From NCBI GenBank assembly GCA_964016885.1, contig OZ024742.1, positions 344,534,001-344,598,000 on the forward strand: 64,000 bases of DNA, given 5' to 3'. The stretch comes from Eledone cirrhosa (Eukaryota). Below are positions 46,446 through 59,842 of the stretch, in pieces (the stretch's first letter is position 1; each line of letters starts with the position of its first letter). Below the pieces are notes generated by a model. The model worked only from the letters and a program-made list of their open reading frames with translations. It searched no databases and was not told the DNA's origin. The position numbers and the translations under genes were made by a program.

Positions 46446-49400
46446 CCATTGATGAAAGACGAATTGGCGGCGAAAAAATACTCTGTGTCGCCAATTCGTC
46501 CACAAACTACACCTTCTTCCCCACCTACATGGGTAAAAAACCCCAGAGAATATGGATAACCACCATCACCCCAAACATAAACTACTGGTGGTTACTAACC
46601 GGTTTCCTCAATTTAGACGAGGACAACCTCATTTCAATAGGAAAGGCATCCGGCGACGCGTTCAGTGGAACGAGTATCGAAGTTCTGACACAAATAAGGC
46701 CAGAACGTATCGCCCAAATCCCTGAGCGCGTCATGCTGGATGACCGTACCCACCTCAACATTATTGTGGAGGGTAGGCGTCCCTCCTGTTACCTCTGTGG
46801 CAATAGAGGTCACCTGAGGGTTGCCTGTCCCCAGCTCACACAGAAAAAAACACTGCTACCAACACCAACACCACCCCAACAACAACAAAATCGACCACAA
46901 CAACAACAAAAACCAACACCACCACAACAACAACAACAACAAACACGTGAAAAAACAACACAGAATACTGTCCCATCCAACCCCTCCCCACCCAAAACAA
47001 ATACAAAAACACACACACCGCAAACACTACCAGAAAACATACCCCTCCCACCCAACAAGGAAGACGAACCCCTTTCGTCGCAAGACGAAAAAGATCCCCT
47101 CCAAACAGTAAAAAGAAAGAAGAGGAGGCGCACCACAGACACACTTGTTAACTTTTACCCTCCCCAAGAGAACACAAACTATATACAAACCACCCCTCCC
47201 CGTCAAACAACACTAACTGCTACGCAAAAAAAGACCTTACAATATACATACATGAACACAGACAACAAAGAACTACTGAAAACAATTTCATCAAACCCTT
47301 CGGTCCAAACTGAAGGGCCTAACCTTATAACTGCTGTGGGACTACCTCATTTAAAAATGATTAAAGTCCCAATGAACCTTTATAAAACACTGAAAATAAA
47401 TTTCACGGAGGACGTGCCCCCCCCCCCTGCGCCAACCCAATCATCCGCGTCCTCCTAAAAAATTTCACCCCACCCCACCCAGACACCCACTCAACCACAA
47501 ATACTCCAACCCCACAACACACTGATGCCCCTACACTTCCACAAACCACCACCCCACCCAACAACCCATCCCCAACCAGCATGGAAATTGAGCGGCCCGC
47601 TTCCCGGGACGCAGAGAGGTAAGTGCCTTTCCTCCTTACCACCAACATGGCTGTGCTAAGAGTAGGGTGTCTAAATGCGCGTGGCCTGGGCTCATCTTGG
47701 AAGCAAGCAATGCTTCTAAATGATGTCAGGTCACGATCTATAAATGTGATGGTTATCTGCGAGGCCCGGATCAGCAACATGCGACAGCTAGCCCCCACCT
47801 TTGACGACTTTGAGATGCACGCATCTCTCTGTCAGCCCGGAGGTGGGGTTGGGTTGTCGTTCTACTGCAAAAACATCTGGGTCTTGCCACACAGATAGTT
47901 CACTTGGACCCAGGGGGTCGACTAGTGGTGCTGGACCTTGGCAGTGGTGAAGGTGGAGCCTTTAGGCTGGTAGCCGCATATGCCCCTTTTGGGACAGAGC
48001 GGCCCGACTTTTTCCAGCGTCTGGAGTCTTTTCTAGGGACGTCCCGTTCCCTGCTTTTAGTGGGGGACTAGAATGGTATCCTGGATGCACGTTGGTTCTA
48101 TGCAGGGGCATGTCCCGATAGAGAGGGGTGCAACAGCCTCAAGGGGTTACACGGCCGATTTGACCTGGCCGATAGATTTCGACTAGATTTTCCGACGGTG
48201 CCAACCTTGTCTTGGTAAAATCGCAGCGGATCATCTAGGTCGTACCTAGATAGGTTTTTAGTTAGAAATAAGGACAGGGTCTTTTTAAGTTGTCCAGAAA
48301 TGCTCATGGTTGGCTATTCAGACCACAAGTTGGTGACCTGCATGGTCAACCTTGATAGAACGCATAGACAGGGCCCCGGTTACTGGAAGCTCAACTTGTC
48401 CTTGCCGGCAAGTAGAGCTTACAGGGATCGGATTAGTACGTTAGTTAAGGAACGGTTGACTGGAGCGATCGTCAACAGCAGGTGGTGGGTATCTCTAAAG
48501 AGAGAGATTAGAGTAGTCTCGATAGAATTTAGTAAGGTTCTAGCTGCGGATAGGAATAGGAAGGAAAGGGAGCTAATAGATAGAGTAGAAGAGGCAATTA
48601 GAAGCGGCGACGTGGCCAGAGTGCTAGCGTCGAGAACGGCTTTGAGCCAGTTTTTCGACGCGAAGCACGAAGGCTGCGTTGTCCGAAGTAAAATACGTGC
48701 TCTATGGAACGAGGGGACCAAAGCTGTTAGCTGGGCCCGCGTGACAGAGGCCAAGAGTGGTACTAAATCCACCATCCGGTCTTTGCGAGACCAGGATGGA
48801 CGGGCGATCCTTGAGCCTAGGCAGATGTGTGAGGCCTTTCAAAGGCACTTTGCCCGACTGTTCGGGAGGGGCGGGGAGACGGTTGGGGATGTGGACTTCG
48901 GTCCATACCTCGACGGCCTGCCGCGTCTCTCGGACAGGGAGGCGAAGTCCTGCGAGGAGCCGATTTCGGCCGCTGAGATAGAAGACGTGCTGAGCCAATG
49001 CGGCAAAACGCAAATCCACGGGTCTCGATGGTCTTCCATACGAATTATATCTAGCTATGCCGGACTTGTTCCCCGATCTCCTCGAGGCGGTCTACTGCAA
49101 CTGGCAACAGAACAGGAGAATTCCCTGTACTGTGACCAAGGGCGTAGTCACGCTAGTGAGGAAGGACGAGAACAAGGGGGACGAAATAAGTAACTTCAGG
49201 CCCATAACTCTGCTAAATACAGAGTTACGGATTTTGGCCAAGGTGCTAGCAAAGAGGTTGGTGCTTGTCGTGGGCAACATGGTGGGATATGCGTAGACAT
49301 GTGCTATCCCGTCCAGGTCCATCCATGACAACCTCCACCTCATGCGATACATCATAGCGAGGGTTTGGAACGAACCCGGCTTTGGTGGGGCTCTGATCAA

Positions 49401-51325
49401 CTTGGATCAATCTAAGGCATTCGATAGGGTCGACCATTATTACCTGGATGCGGTGCTAGCGGTGGCAGGCTTCGGACCCGTTTTCAGGGGCTGGATCACT
49501 GCTATGCACAGCAGCCGCATCTGCTCTAGGGTCAAGGTGAACGGCTACCTCTCGGAGCGGTTCAAAATCGCGCGGTCCATCCGACAAGGGTGCCCTCTCT
49601 CCTCCCTTCTGTATGTGTTGACTCTCGAGCCACTACTGCGGAAGTTGGAGTTGTTGCAGGGCATCCCTTTGGAACCGGGATTGCGGAAAGCGGTGTCGGC
49701 CTACGCCTATGATGTGACAGTAATGGTGTCGACGGCCTCCGAATTCGGAGCGATCGGCACCTTACTGGAGGAGTACGAAAGGTTCACAGGGGCTAAGCTG
49801 AACCGGGACAAGTCGATCGGTTTGCAACTCGGCACGTGGAGGGGCAGACCGATGTCCTCCGATGGCGTCGTCGGACGCTGGACGGAGGGCCCGGTGAAGT
49901 TGCTCGGGGTCTGGTTCGGACCAGACCTCCAGGTGGAGAAGAACTGGGCGGAGGTTACGTACAGGGTGTTTGCACTGACCCAAAAGTGGGCCAGATGCAA
50001 ACTATCCCTGAAAGATCGTGCGTAGGTGGCGAACACCTATATAGCGTCCGTCATCTACTACCGCCTGACCGTAGTGCCTTGCCCAAGGGAAAACCTCGCC
50101 AAGATGGAGCGCGCGCTCTTCCAATTCCTTTGGAAGAGGCGGGCTCCCTTGGTGAGGAGATCCATCTGCTGTCAACACCCTTCGAAAGGAGGGCTGGGGA
50201 TGCCGTGGCTAATGATGCGTAAACACGCATTAAGACTACGGCACCTCCACGTATTCCTCACCGGTCAACCGGTATGGGCCTCGTTTGTGAGACGAACCTT
50301 TCCCAGACTCGTCTCACTCACCGAGCTGCAATCCTGGGTCAAGCAAAGACCGAGAAAACTGGGCGTCTGGCACACTGAGTGTGCCCAGGCGCTCACCGCC
50401 CTCTGGCAGGCGGATCCGGATCAGTGGAGACTCCACCGCAACATTCTATAGAGGGCTGGTACGCAGCAGGTGCGACGACGCCCTCGGAGAAGCCCTAGAC
50501 ATGGAGGAAGACGAACTGGCCAGCCTGTTCGGTAGGACATTCAGCCCGGGACCTATGGACAACTTCCAGAAGTCCCTGGCCTGGCAGTGCTACCGAAGGG
50601 CTCTACCTGTTCGAGAAAAGCTCTACAGACACGGGCGCCCGGGTAGGGACCCCGCCAAAAAGATCTGTCCCAGATGCGTGTGCGACGAGGAAACCGTTGC
50701 ACACACATTGGTACACTGCTCGGGCGTAGTCGACCTGTGAGGCTATGTCGAACAACTGCTGTCAAGGGTGGGACCGATCCGGTTGACCACTGAGTCTATT
50801 GTAATGATCAAGCCGCCTCCCCCCTTCAAAGATGGAGGAGAGGCGGTGTTTCTGTGCCTAATAGCCATGGTGAAAGAAGTTGTATGGTGGACGCGTCTGA
50901 AAGGACTGAGGTCAGGCACCTTTCTCTCTGGCCAACAACTGGTCCGTTTCTTCCGATATCATTTCGGAAGAAGGATCAGGATGGAGAGAGATGTGCTCCA
51001 CCCCAGTCGTTATTATGAAAGGTGGGTGAAAGTGGCGAGAATGGCCCGTGTGAATGGGCCTTCTCTTTACATAAGCCTGTAGGTGGAAAAGAGGAAGGAA
51101 CGAGGGAGCACCCCTCTCTGTGCTCCTGAGGAGAAGGGTTGCACACTTTTTTCGGGGGTGTGTGCGACCCCCCAAGGCGCCTCCTCTCTATTGAGGATTT
51201 TGTTATAAATTTTATTTTTTGTTACATTTTATTTTATTTTTATATTTTGTTATTGCCTCCTCCTTATTGAGGACGCCTTGTTTTGTAAACTCCCCCCATT
51301 GTACTGGTGGCAAATTAAAGAAACA
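46437..51325 (+). mobile_element. Tx1/L1-clade LINE with intact 3' end (decayed ORF1 and ORF2)
   Basis: Continues past the junction through KGGLGMP and the zinc finger CPRCVCDEETVAHTLVHC to a stop at 51082, then a 3' UTR ending ATTAAAGAAAC. Confidence 0.92.
47647..51082 (+). pseudogene. LINE ORF2 (APE-RT-zinc finger), disrupted
   Basis: Fragments in several frames, from MAVLRVGCLNARGL to ...GPSLYISL. Confidence 0.9.
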
Positions 51326-51775
51326 TATCTTTTTTGTAATTGATCTTTGGGATGCTTCAACTTTCATGATACTTTGTTTCGTGTGGGGAGACCACAGTGG
51401 ACAACAGTATTCAGGGTGGGGTCAGGCAAAAGTGGAGAAGAGAAGGATAACAGTGTGGATATCTCTCGACTGGAAGGTTCTGAGAATCCAGCAACACATT
51501 CTGCGGGCCATGTCAACATTGGTGTTTATATGAATGGCCCAGCTTAAGTTGTTGTCCACAATTACTCCCAAGTCTCTGATGTTATTGGGTGCCACGAGAG
51601 TTTCACCTGAAGGAAGAGATTATGGTAATTTCAGGGTATCATTTTTTCCAAAGTGGATTAACTCAACCTTATCGTCATTCAACAGTATACTGTTCTTTTC
51701 TGCCTATTGGATAGCAGCCAATAGGTTTGACTGAAAGCAAGTCCGGTCACTCACCTCATTGATGACCGTTTGGAG
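51326..51775 (-). pseudogene. CR1/L2-like LINE RT C-terminal fragment
   Basis: Minus-strand translation RDLGVIVDNNLSW..HI....EYCCPLWSPH....KVEASQR, with stops. Confidence 0.8.
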
Positions 51776-51841
51776 TAATAATACCTTATATAGTAATAAT
51801 AAATGTGAAGACTAAAATCCGAAGTGGGCTCGACAAGATTA

Positions 51842-52753
51842 TCTATATATATAAAACTGAGGATGTCTGTGTATGTGTGAGTTTGAATCCCTAAAACTCG
51901 AGAAACATCCAACCGACCGTTTTCAAACTTTACACATGCAATACTTATGTTTCAGGAAGTGTTCTGAGCAGGAACAAATTCAAATTTTCAATGCCCTAGG
52001 GACCGCATTAGGCAATTTAGCGATCTCTCTCTATAATTCTTAGTCTTTCTCTTTTTAGATAGATACATACATATAACGTCGCGCCCTTGTAATATCTGTC
52101 TGTATGTATGGCTGTCTGCATTACGTCACTTCCCTGAGGATGTGTGTGTGTCTGTGTCTCTGAGTTTGAATCCCTAAAACTCGAGAAGTACCCAACCTAT
52201 TTTATTCAAACTTTGCATGTGTATTACTTATGTTTCTGGGAGTGTTATGCACATAAACAATTCTACTTTTTGATCTCCTAAGGCCCGCATTAGGTTAAAA
52301 ACTGCGTTTTTGAAGCTTTTTATAGGTTTTTGAGGCGTTACGTCAGACCGATTTCCTTGAAAATGTAACTATGTATTAGTCTCTTCTTCATACCGTGAGC
52401 AAAGAATATCCACCTTTTTTTATGGCCTAGGGCCCGCATTAGGTGAAAAACTTCATTTTTTCAGCTTTTTAGGGCTTTTTGGAGGCGTTACGTCTAGCTT
52501 ATTTTCCCGAAATTTAAAGGCATATTATGCACATAAAAAAATTTATTTTCTTGATCCCTAGGGCCCGCATTAGGTAAAAACCTGCATTTTTCCTGCTTCA
52601 TCGAGGAAAATCTTAAAAATTATCCAGCCATCAGGGTATTCGGTTTATTTTCTTTACATATTGTCCTTGCATGCAGTTTTTCCACGATTAGGTCTGATGG
52701 CGGCCCGCGTGCCAAAATACCTTATCCCGTGCAACGCCGGGTACCACTGCTAG
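51842..52753 (+). mobile_element. Non-autonomous Helitron-like element
   Basis: 5' TCTATATATATAAAAC; 3' hairpin CCCGTGCAACGCCGGG followed by CTAG. Internal repeats: GAGTTTGAATCCCTAAAACTCGAGAA x2, CTAGGGCCCGCATTAGG-like x4. Confidence 0.75.
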
Positions 52754-52995
52754 CATATATATAAACCCGCAGAGCAAATTTTCAGAAGATCCCGTTAAGG
52801 GTGAAAGTTGCGATTCTTTGCTTAAACATTAATCTGTTATTTTAATGTATATATATATATGCAGAGGTTATATTTAATTTGTTGGGATTCAACAAGCTTA
52901 AAAATTTTTTATAACTGATATAAAGCACTCAACAGATTAGTGGAGTAAATATACAGTATATTAATCAATGGAAACTATATTTATAAAACCATAAT

Positions 52996-53061
52996 TATTT
53001 TCTTATATATATTTCAAGGGCAACCAGGGTAAATTATGGTGCGCTTTCATCAGATAAAATA
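52996..53061 (-). ncRNA. Minimal hammerhead ribozyme, intact core
   Basis: TATTTTAT-CTGATGA-AAGCGCACC..GGTTGCCCTT-GAAAT-ATAT-ATA|AGAAAATA. Confidence 0.85.
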
Positions 53062-53193
53062 CAGATTTGTTTTATAAATAAATATTGATCTACCCGGAAT
53101 AAAGACAACCTCAACTGTTGAAATTCGCGAATTTCAACCGTTGAGGTTGTCTTTTTTCCGGATACGTCAATATTTATTTATAAAACAAAACTG

Positions 53194-53259
53194 TATTTTA
53201 TCTGATGAAAGCGCACCATAACTTACTTTGGTTGCCCTTAAAATATATATAATAAAATA
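53194..53259 (+). ncRNA. Hammerhead copy with G12A substitution (probably inactive)
   Basis: Same fold as 52996-53061 but AAAA replaces GAAA at 53240. Confidence 0.7.
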
Positions 53260-53687
53260 ATTATGGTTTTATAAGTATAGTTTCCATTTATTCATATATT
53301 GTATGTATATATATATATATTATAATTGAATATAAGAGAGAGATAAAAACAGATATAAACAAAAATGTGCGTTATTTTATATTTGCATGCTATTCAGTCT
53401 TCTGAGATACTTAGAAGTGGAGGGATTACTAATTTTACACCCACAGATGAACAAAGAACTGGTAATTTATTACTTTAAATTGAGTCTGACAAACCATATT
53501 GTTAATAGTTAGTATTTTTTCACCCTAGCGAACTTGGTCCCCTACAATTTGAACGCACATACAGTATGTATATATCTGTGTTTATCTCTCTTTTATATTC
53601 AATTCAATTACACGGCCCAGAAACACTTCTTTCTTTGAGCTATTTAATTGTAAGAGACTATTTTGAGTTTCTAACTCAATATATACC

Positions 53688-53771
<84 letters not shown>

Positions 53772-53873
53772 GTATTGAAGTTTCCGTTCAAAATTGAAAA
53801 GGTCATAGGAGTGAAGAGTGCTCTATGTAAGTACCAGAGCTAAAATTTAATGTATAATAAACAATACAATATA

Positions 53874-53949
53874 ATTACCTCATTACCAGAGGTTTCCCGA
53901 ATAAGACAAATACAAAAAACGTCCTCATTCGTTCATCGGACAAGGCAAT
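53874..53949 (-). ncRNA. Type I hammerhead variant (CCGAUGA core)
   Basis: ATTGCCTTGT-CCGATGA-aCGAATGAGGAC..GTCTTATTCGg-GAAACC-TCT-GGTA|ATGAGGTAAT; 10-bp stem I with 3 G-U pairs. Confidence 0.8.
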
Positions 53950-54710
53950 TTATAACATAGTGAAATATTTGAAAAATCTCCCCAAGAAAGGCAAAAGTTT
54001 AACGGGCAAAAAAATATATAAATAAAAGTAATGCAAGAGATATATAAAAAATAAGTAAATATAGTTAGGGTATGTGTATAAATGTGTGTATATTCACTCA
54101 CAAATGTACATATGTGTGTATGTACAAATGCCTGTGTATAGTGAAAATGTCTGCGTAAGTACATATATGAGGGCAAGCATATCAGTGTATGTGTGACCAC
54201 AAATACGTATATAATATAAGTTGAAAAAGAAATTGTAAGATAATATAGTTAACATACATCCAGATTCAGGTAGTAAATATATACACATACAAGTATGAAA
54301 GCACCCGTATAAACACACAGACACGCGCGATCACACATATGCGAATAATATAGAGGGAAGGGAGTGTATTAGTCAAAGGAGTGTCAGTCTGAGGCTCGAT
54401 ACATGTATAAAAATGAAACAATATATGAGAATGAAAAAATTTTTTTAATCAAAGAGAAAGTAAGATGGAGGGGTTATCAATTATAAATTAACACTAGAAA
54501 AAAAGAAAACAAACATAGGTTCGTACACACACATATATATATATATAAATATATAAGTAAGATGTATGGTAGGTCGTATGTGAATCGCGATGATCACGTC
54601 TGACCTACCAAATATGTGACGGTAGCTAGTTAAGCTCTATGCGTATACGCAGAGCAGAAATATTAGTGAACAAGAACAAAGGAACAATTATGACATTATA
54701 ACAAATTTAT

Positions 54711-54757
54711 TGCCGACAGCCGTTTCGTCCGACCACATGGTGGGACTTTTCAAGGCA
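54711..54757 (-). ncRNA. Minimal hammerhead, U3-A8 covariant core (UUGAAAA)
   Basis: TGCC-TTGAAAA-GTCC(caccatgtggtc)GGAC-GAAAC-GGCT-GTC|GGCA. Confidence 0.82.
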
Positions 54758-55945
54758 TACAACATGTGACTGTAAGGTCATTATCTACATCAACGTATCA
54801 CTCAAGGCTAGCAGTTTGAAATTGTGGTATACATCAGCAGCTCGGCTTGTATAGTTGGGGTCTATATTCTAAGGGGGCTCTTTTATATTAGTTGTCGGGG
54901 TCAGGGATTGAAGGTTAAAAATTAGATAATATATAATTTACGCATTAACAGTAAACTAAAAGACTTGGGGTCCCGTAGAAGCACCTTAAATCCCTCAATA
55001 AGTGCATAAAGTTTACAGGCTCCAATAAACCTACTAAACTAGAAGAAATTAAGAGGCTAATAAAATAAAAAATAAAAATATAAAGTTTCCCTAAAAAAAT
55101 ATATAAAGTTTCCTATGAAAATCCTTCGAGAGAAAAAAGTTTTTTCCGAAAGAAAAAAACTTTCTTCCCCCGAGATCACGTTTACAAATTTCAGAAAACT
55201 TACGAAGTTTTGATATTCCCTACTAAGTTGAAAGAAACTAATCAATTAAAGGTTAATTCAAAGAGCCTTCTATAGTTCTCTCAGAAAAGGCCCCTTTAAT
55301 ATTTTTAATAGGAACCTCCTCCGAGAGACCCTTCGAAGAATTAAAATTTTAGAGAGCCTTTAAGGATATATATAAAAACGAATTGAGGAAAACTATACAT
55401 TAAAAGTTAAAAATTACGGTATTTGGGATATCCGAGGAATTTTCAAAGGGCTGCTTCAGCAGATACAACTTAGGCATAATAGATACAATAATTTAAGTAA
55501 TTTAAGTAATTTAATTAATTTAATTAGGGAGCAATTCAAAGAGTTTATCAAGTTGGGCAAGATTAAAGAGAGTGGTAAATAAGAAAATACATAAGCAAAA
55601 AGACAATAATTATAAAATGTATTTTTAAGAAGGTATAAGGTAGCTTCAGTAATCTAACAATGTATTATCACAAAAAATTATTATAAAATTATTGATACAG
55701 GATTAACAAAGACATAATAATATATATTCCTGCCTAATTAACAAGTAATCAAAACACTATTAACAGTCAGGCAAAATTAGCTCAGGGATATCCCGCGCTC
55801 GGATACTTTACACACATACAGCAACACATAGGATTAGCACAGACACAATGGTATATTCCTGCCTAATTAACAAACAATCGATTAACAATTGATGGTCAAG
55901 AAAATGTACTCAGGGATATCCCGCGCACGGATATTTACATACATA

Positions 55946-58448
55946 TTTAGCAGTATTGGTTGTAGATGTTATCGCCACTTTAGCAGGGTGGTAGAATCAG
56001 TGGTCGTTAGTTGCCAGTGTGGTAAGTGATAGTATCCTCGTTGGATTATCTTGTTGACATAGACGTGAGGGAAGGTCCCTCGATCTATTTACCATCTATT
56101 TACAATATTCCTTTCGTCAGGTCGCCAATTCCAGCAGCATGGATTAAAGATGTCATTGAGACAAGAGTAACATAATAACGACTTCAACCGCAGTAATTAG
56201 AGATGAAAGGTTTGTTTATTTATATGGTTGAAGTTACAGATAAAAAGAGGTTACATTAGGGAATGTGCCATTGCGCCGTTAAGCCGGCGAGGCTAGTTGT
56301 GCAATATCTCACTGTTACATTATGCGTGTTGCTGGCTCGAAGTTTCTGGTACCTGAGAGAGATTCTTCAAATCTTCGCGGGGAATTTCTTCCTCAGGGCG
56401 CGTAGGGTTACATCCTCTTCTACTGGCGCTGATTGGCTGAACTGAGCCAAATCACGCACAGAGAATGTATGTGAGCCCGCGGAATGTAGGTCACTACATC
56501 ACCTCCAACCAGATTTTCAGCCGAAAATCGATAACGAAGAAACCAAGGACCCACATATTATTAAATCAGCAAGAACAAATGCTGAAAGAGCACATCAGTG
56601 AAAAAATAATTGAGCAGAAGGTTGCATGCAAGAACAAAAAATTAGGCGCTACGGGCCGTGTTGAGCCGCTGTGTCAAATGACCAATTGTTTTGTTGTTTA
56701 TACGTGACCGCCAAAGGTCTAACAAAAAAACGGATAAAGTCTGACATGGGCGAAGTTGCCGTTCTTGCATTAAATGTTAATGGTAAGCGTTGTACCAGTA
56801 GCTGTGAACGAAGCTAGTATGGTAGTTTACCAGTGCTGGCGAGAAAATGATGGCCGCCAGATGTATTGTCGAATGTGCTGTGGAGCCAGGAAAAAAATGG
56901 CTGGTTGCTTTGTAAAGAACAAAAGGCAAGTTTAATCTGTAGGTGGGTTGCAGTGTAAATTCCATAATTCGGGCGAATCCACAGAAGTGGCCGAAATGCT
57001 AACAAGTCCAGTTCAATTTCTTGCTTTCCCAGCGAGTCGGGCAAAAACAACAAGACGGATGGCCGTCATGGACGATCAGTGTGCAACGAGATGCGAAGCT
57101 GTTTGAGTTCAGCTGCAATGTATTCTCGTGTTGCGGTGCCTGTTTGAATCCAGTGGATTAAGCTCTGTGAGCTGCTAGCATGTGACAGCATCTCAACCAG
57201 GTGAAAAGGGACTCGCAGAATATTACGTTTGAAGAACATATACCAAGAACAACATGTTGGTGTGTGATAAAGAAAATGTGTGCATATGCAGGCATGTAAA
57301 ACAGCAAAGAATGTGAATGAACAAAAACCATGAGCAAGAAAATAGCAAAAGAGCACAAAACAAGTAAATGCATTCTACTATGTGAATGTAACAAACTGAT
57401 AATTCAAAGTCAATCTAGGGGAGCAGAGAAATTGCTCAATAATTTCAAAGTTTTTCAAAGTCAAATAGTTCACACATCACCAGTGTACAGACACTAGTTC
57501 TGTCCGAAAACTGAAAAAGAAGTATGTTAATGCCATTAGGGGTTAGATGTATGGTGTTTTTGTGAGATTTCGTGGCCATTTGACCGTCCCGCCACACGGT
57601 AGTGTTGCTTATTGTTAAAGTAATGTCAAAGAATCTTCTGTAGAGTAGGAGTCACCAAATATGGCAGTCACGTCTGACGCCATAATGGTGAGAAAACTAC
57701 TGTCTCAATTTCTCGCGTCCCTGTGGTAACGAGACAGAAGGTATGGTGGTTGCGTCGGTAAAGTTACAAGCCGTTTTGAAATTTCCGATGTGTGGTGGTT
57801 GGCGTCGGTAAGGTTATGAAGCTGCCACTCACTGTTCCCTGTATTGGTCAGTGGTTAAACAACGCTGTCGCTGCTGCTGTCATTGTTGTTGTCAAGCGTA
57901 GCCATGATATGTCGGTAGCCATCTTGAAATGTTTTCGTGGCGAAAAAGTTTTTGAAATACTGCTAATTTTTCAAAAATCTTAAAAGGAATATTCTGGATT
58001 TTCGCAAGTTGCGACGTGGCAATACAAGTTAAACTGAATGAATAAGGGCTGCGTGATATTCTTACGTCGGGGTCACCACTTTAGCAGTATTAGTTATAGA
58101 TGTTATCGAGATACGAGTTACATAATAATTATTTCAACAGCAGAAATTAGAGATGAAAGGTTTGTTTATTTATATGGTTGAAGTTACAGATAAAAAGAGG
58201 TTACATTAGGGAATGTGCCATTGCGCCGTTAAGCCGGCGAGGCTAGTGGTGCAATATCTCACTGTTACATTATGCGTGTTGCTGGCTCGAAGTTTCTGGT
58301 ACCTGAGAGAGATTCTTCAAATCTTCGCGGGGAATTTCTTCCTCAGGGCGCGTAGGGTTACATCCTCTTCTACTGGCGCTGATTGGCTGAACTGAGCCAA
58401 ATCACGCACAGAGAATGTATGTGAGCCCGCGGAATGTAGGTCACTACA
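55946..58448 (-). mobile_element. Non-autonomous LTR retrotransposon (TRIM/LARD-like), 2.5 kb
   Basis: LTRs 58080-58448 and 55946-56498 (TGTAG...CTAAA); PBS at 58064-58078; purine-rich GGTTGGAGGTGA at 56499-56510; 4-bp TSD CATA; no long ORF. Confidence 0.88.
58064..58078 (-). promoter_or_regulatory. tRNA-Trp primer-binding site
   Basis: TGGTGACCCCGACGT, complementary to the 3' end of eukaryotic tRNA-Trp. Confidence 0.88.
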
Positions 58449-59795
58449 CATACAACAGATTGAACAGTACTGGTGACCGTGTGGGCGCGATATCCATTAT
58501 GCGTATGTAGTCATCTGCATAGCTCCAGGCACAGCTGGTGTTGTTTAAAAGTTCATAGTTCACGGATCAACTGGGATTCACTATCAGATGCGTGGACTCT
58601 CTGGGAGATGTACTTGTGGTTCCAATAGCTAGTGGTTGCTGGGTGTGGTCCTTTCGATCTTTTAGTTTCAGGGGTTGCACGCTTTCGGCCGGTTCTAAGT
58701 CCAAGGTCTCACTACATAGGATGTATTGGTCTACATGCCATATTGGTAAAAAAACCAGTGTGGATTTGACTGGGGTGGTATATTACGAACTCCAAGCCCA
58801 CACGCGGCTGGTCAAAAGCGAAGGGCTGTCCCCTCTTTGTTTGCTGTATGAGTCGGTTCCAGCTTAGATGGTGGTCGTGTTATCCATATTCCGTCAGCCC
58901 TGTATATTCAAGACAGATCAGGGTATATATTTGCGGGTATGGTCCGGCGTCTAAGTTATCCAGAGGGTCTCACTTGTGGTACTTTCAAGTTCGCATGTCA
59001 TCTCCCGGTTAAGACTGCGCATGCTCGGTGAATCTCATGCATGGAATCTTAGGGTATCATATTACACGGGGTGACTAGCAGAAAATATACATTCTATGCT
59101 ATCGCGCACGCGCTGGCCTGTGGCTACGACCATGTCCAGTCTCGGGTAGTAGCAGACAGCAGGTAGACCAGCTAGACACACCCCTGTTCAAGGGGCACAA
59201 CCCCTAACTTATCGAGTGGTCAGACTTCAAGGGAGTCAACTCTCCAAGCCCATTAAGTCGACTGTGGTAAAATACAAAAATTCCTATTAGTAAAGAACTA
59301 ATCACTGATAATAAAGAACTAACTCAAAAGAATGGGGAGGGGCATCTATTTGGGCGGGGGTTTACTAAGGGAGGGGGTGGGGTGAGTGGTTATAGTCAGG
59401 GAGCGGCCGCCATACTGGGTGTTTTGTTACTGTTTCCCTGGGCATGTTCTCGAGTTTGTTGACATACATCTCCGACTGCACCTTCCCATATTAGTCTACG
59501 TGGGTCCAGGCACTCACAATGTCCTACATCGCAGGCATCAGCTGCCCCCAGGGTGCCCAGCAACAATGTTGCTTCTACGGGACCCCAAGTCTTTTAGTTT
59601 ACTGTTAATGCGTAAATTATATATTATCTAATTTTTAACCTTCAATTCCTGACCCCGACAACTAATATAAAAGAGCCCCCTTAGAATATAGACCCCAACT
59701 ATACAAGCCGAGCTGCTGATGTATACCACAATTTCAAACTGCTAGCCTTGAGTGATACGTTGATGTAGATAATGACCTTACAGTCACATGTTGTA

Positions 59796-59842
59796 TGCCT
59801 TGAAAAGTCCCACCATGTGGTCGGACGAAACGGCTGTCGGCA
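59796..59842 (+). ncRNA. Minimal hammerhead, U3-A8 covariant core
   Basis: Identical to the minus-strand copy at 54711-54757; GUC cleavage triplet at 59836-59838. Confidence 0.82.

Larger units (their letters stand above)
52951..53304. repeat. Spacerless 354-bp palindrome of a hammerhead-bearing pLTR
   Basis: Symmetry centre at AAATTCG|CGAATTT (53127/53128); arms homologous to 8762-8930. Confidence 0.93.

Noticed and set aside
52767-52822. CAGAAGA-TCCC..GGGT-GAAAG hammerhead-like motif
   Set aside because: Non-standard core, no NUH triplet at the expected position, and stem I is out of register.
58592-58867. 91-aa ORF with a GVVY motif as a possible GIY-YIG remnant
   Set aside because: No YIG or downstream motifs recognised; too weak without a profile search.
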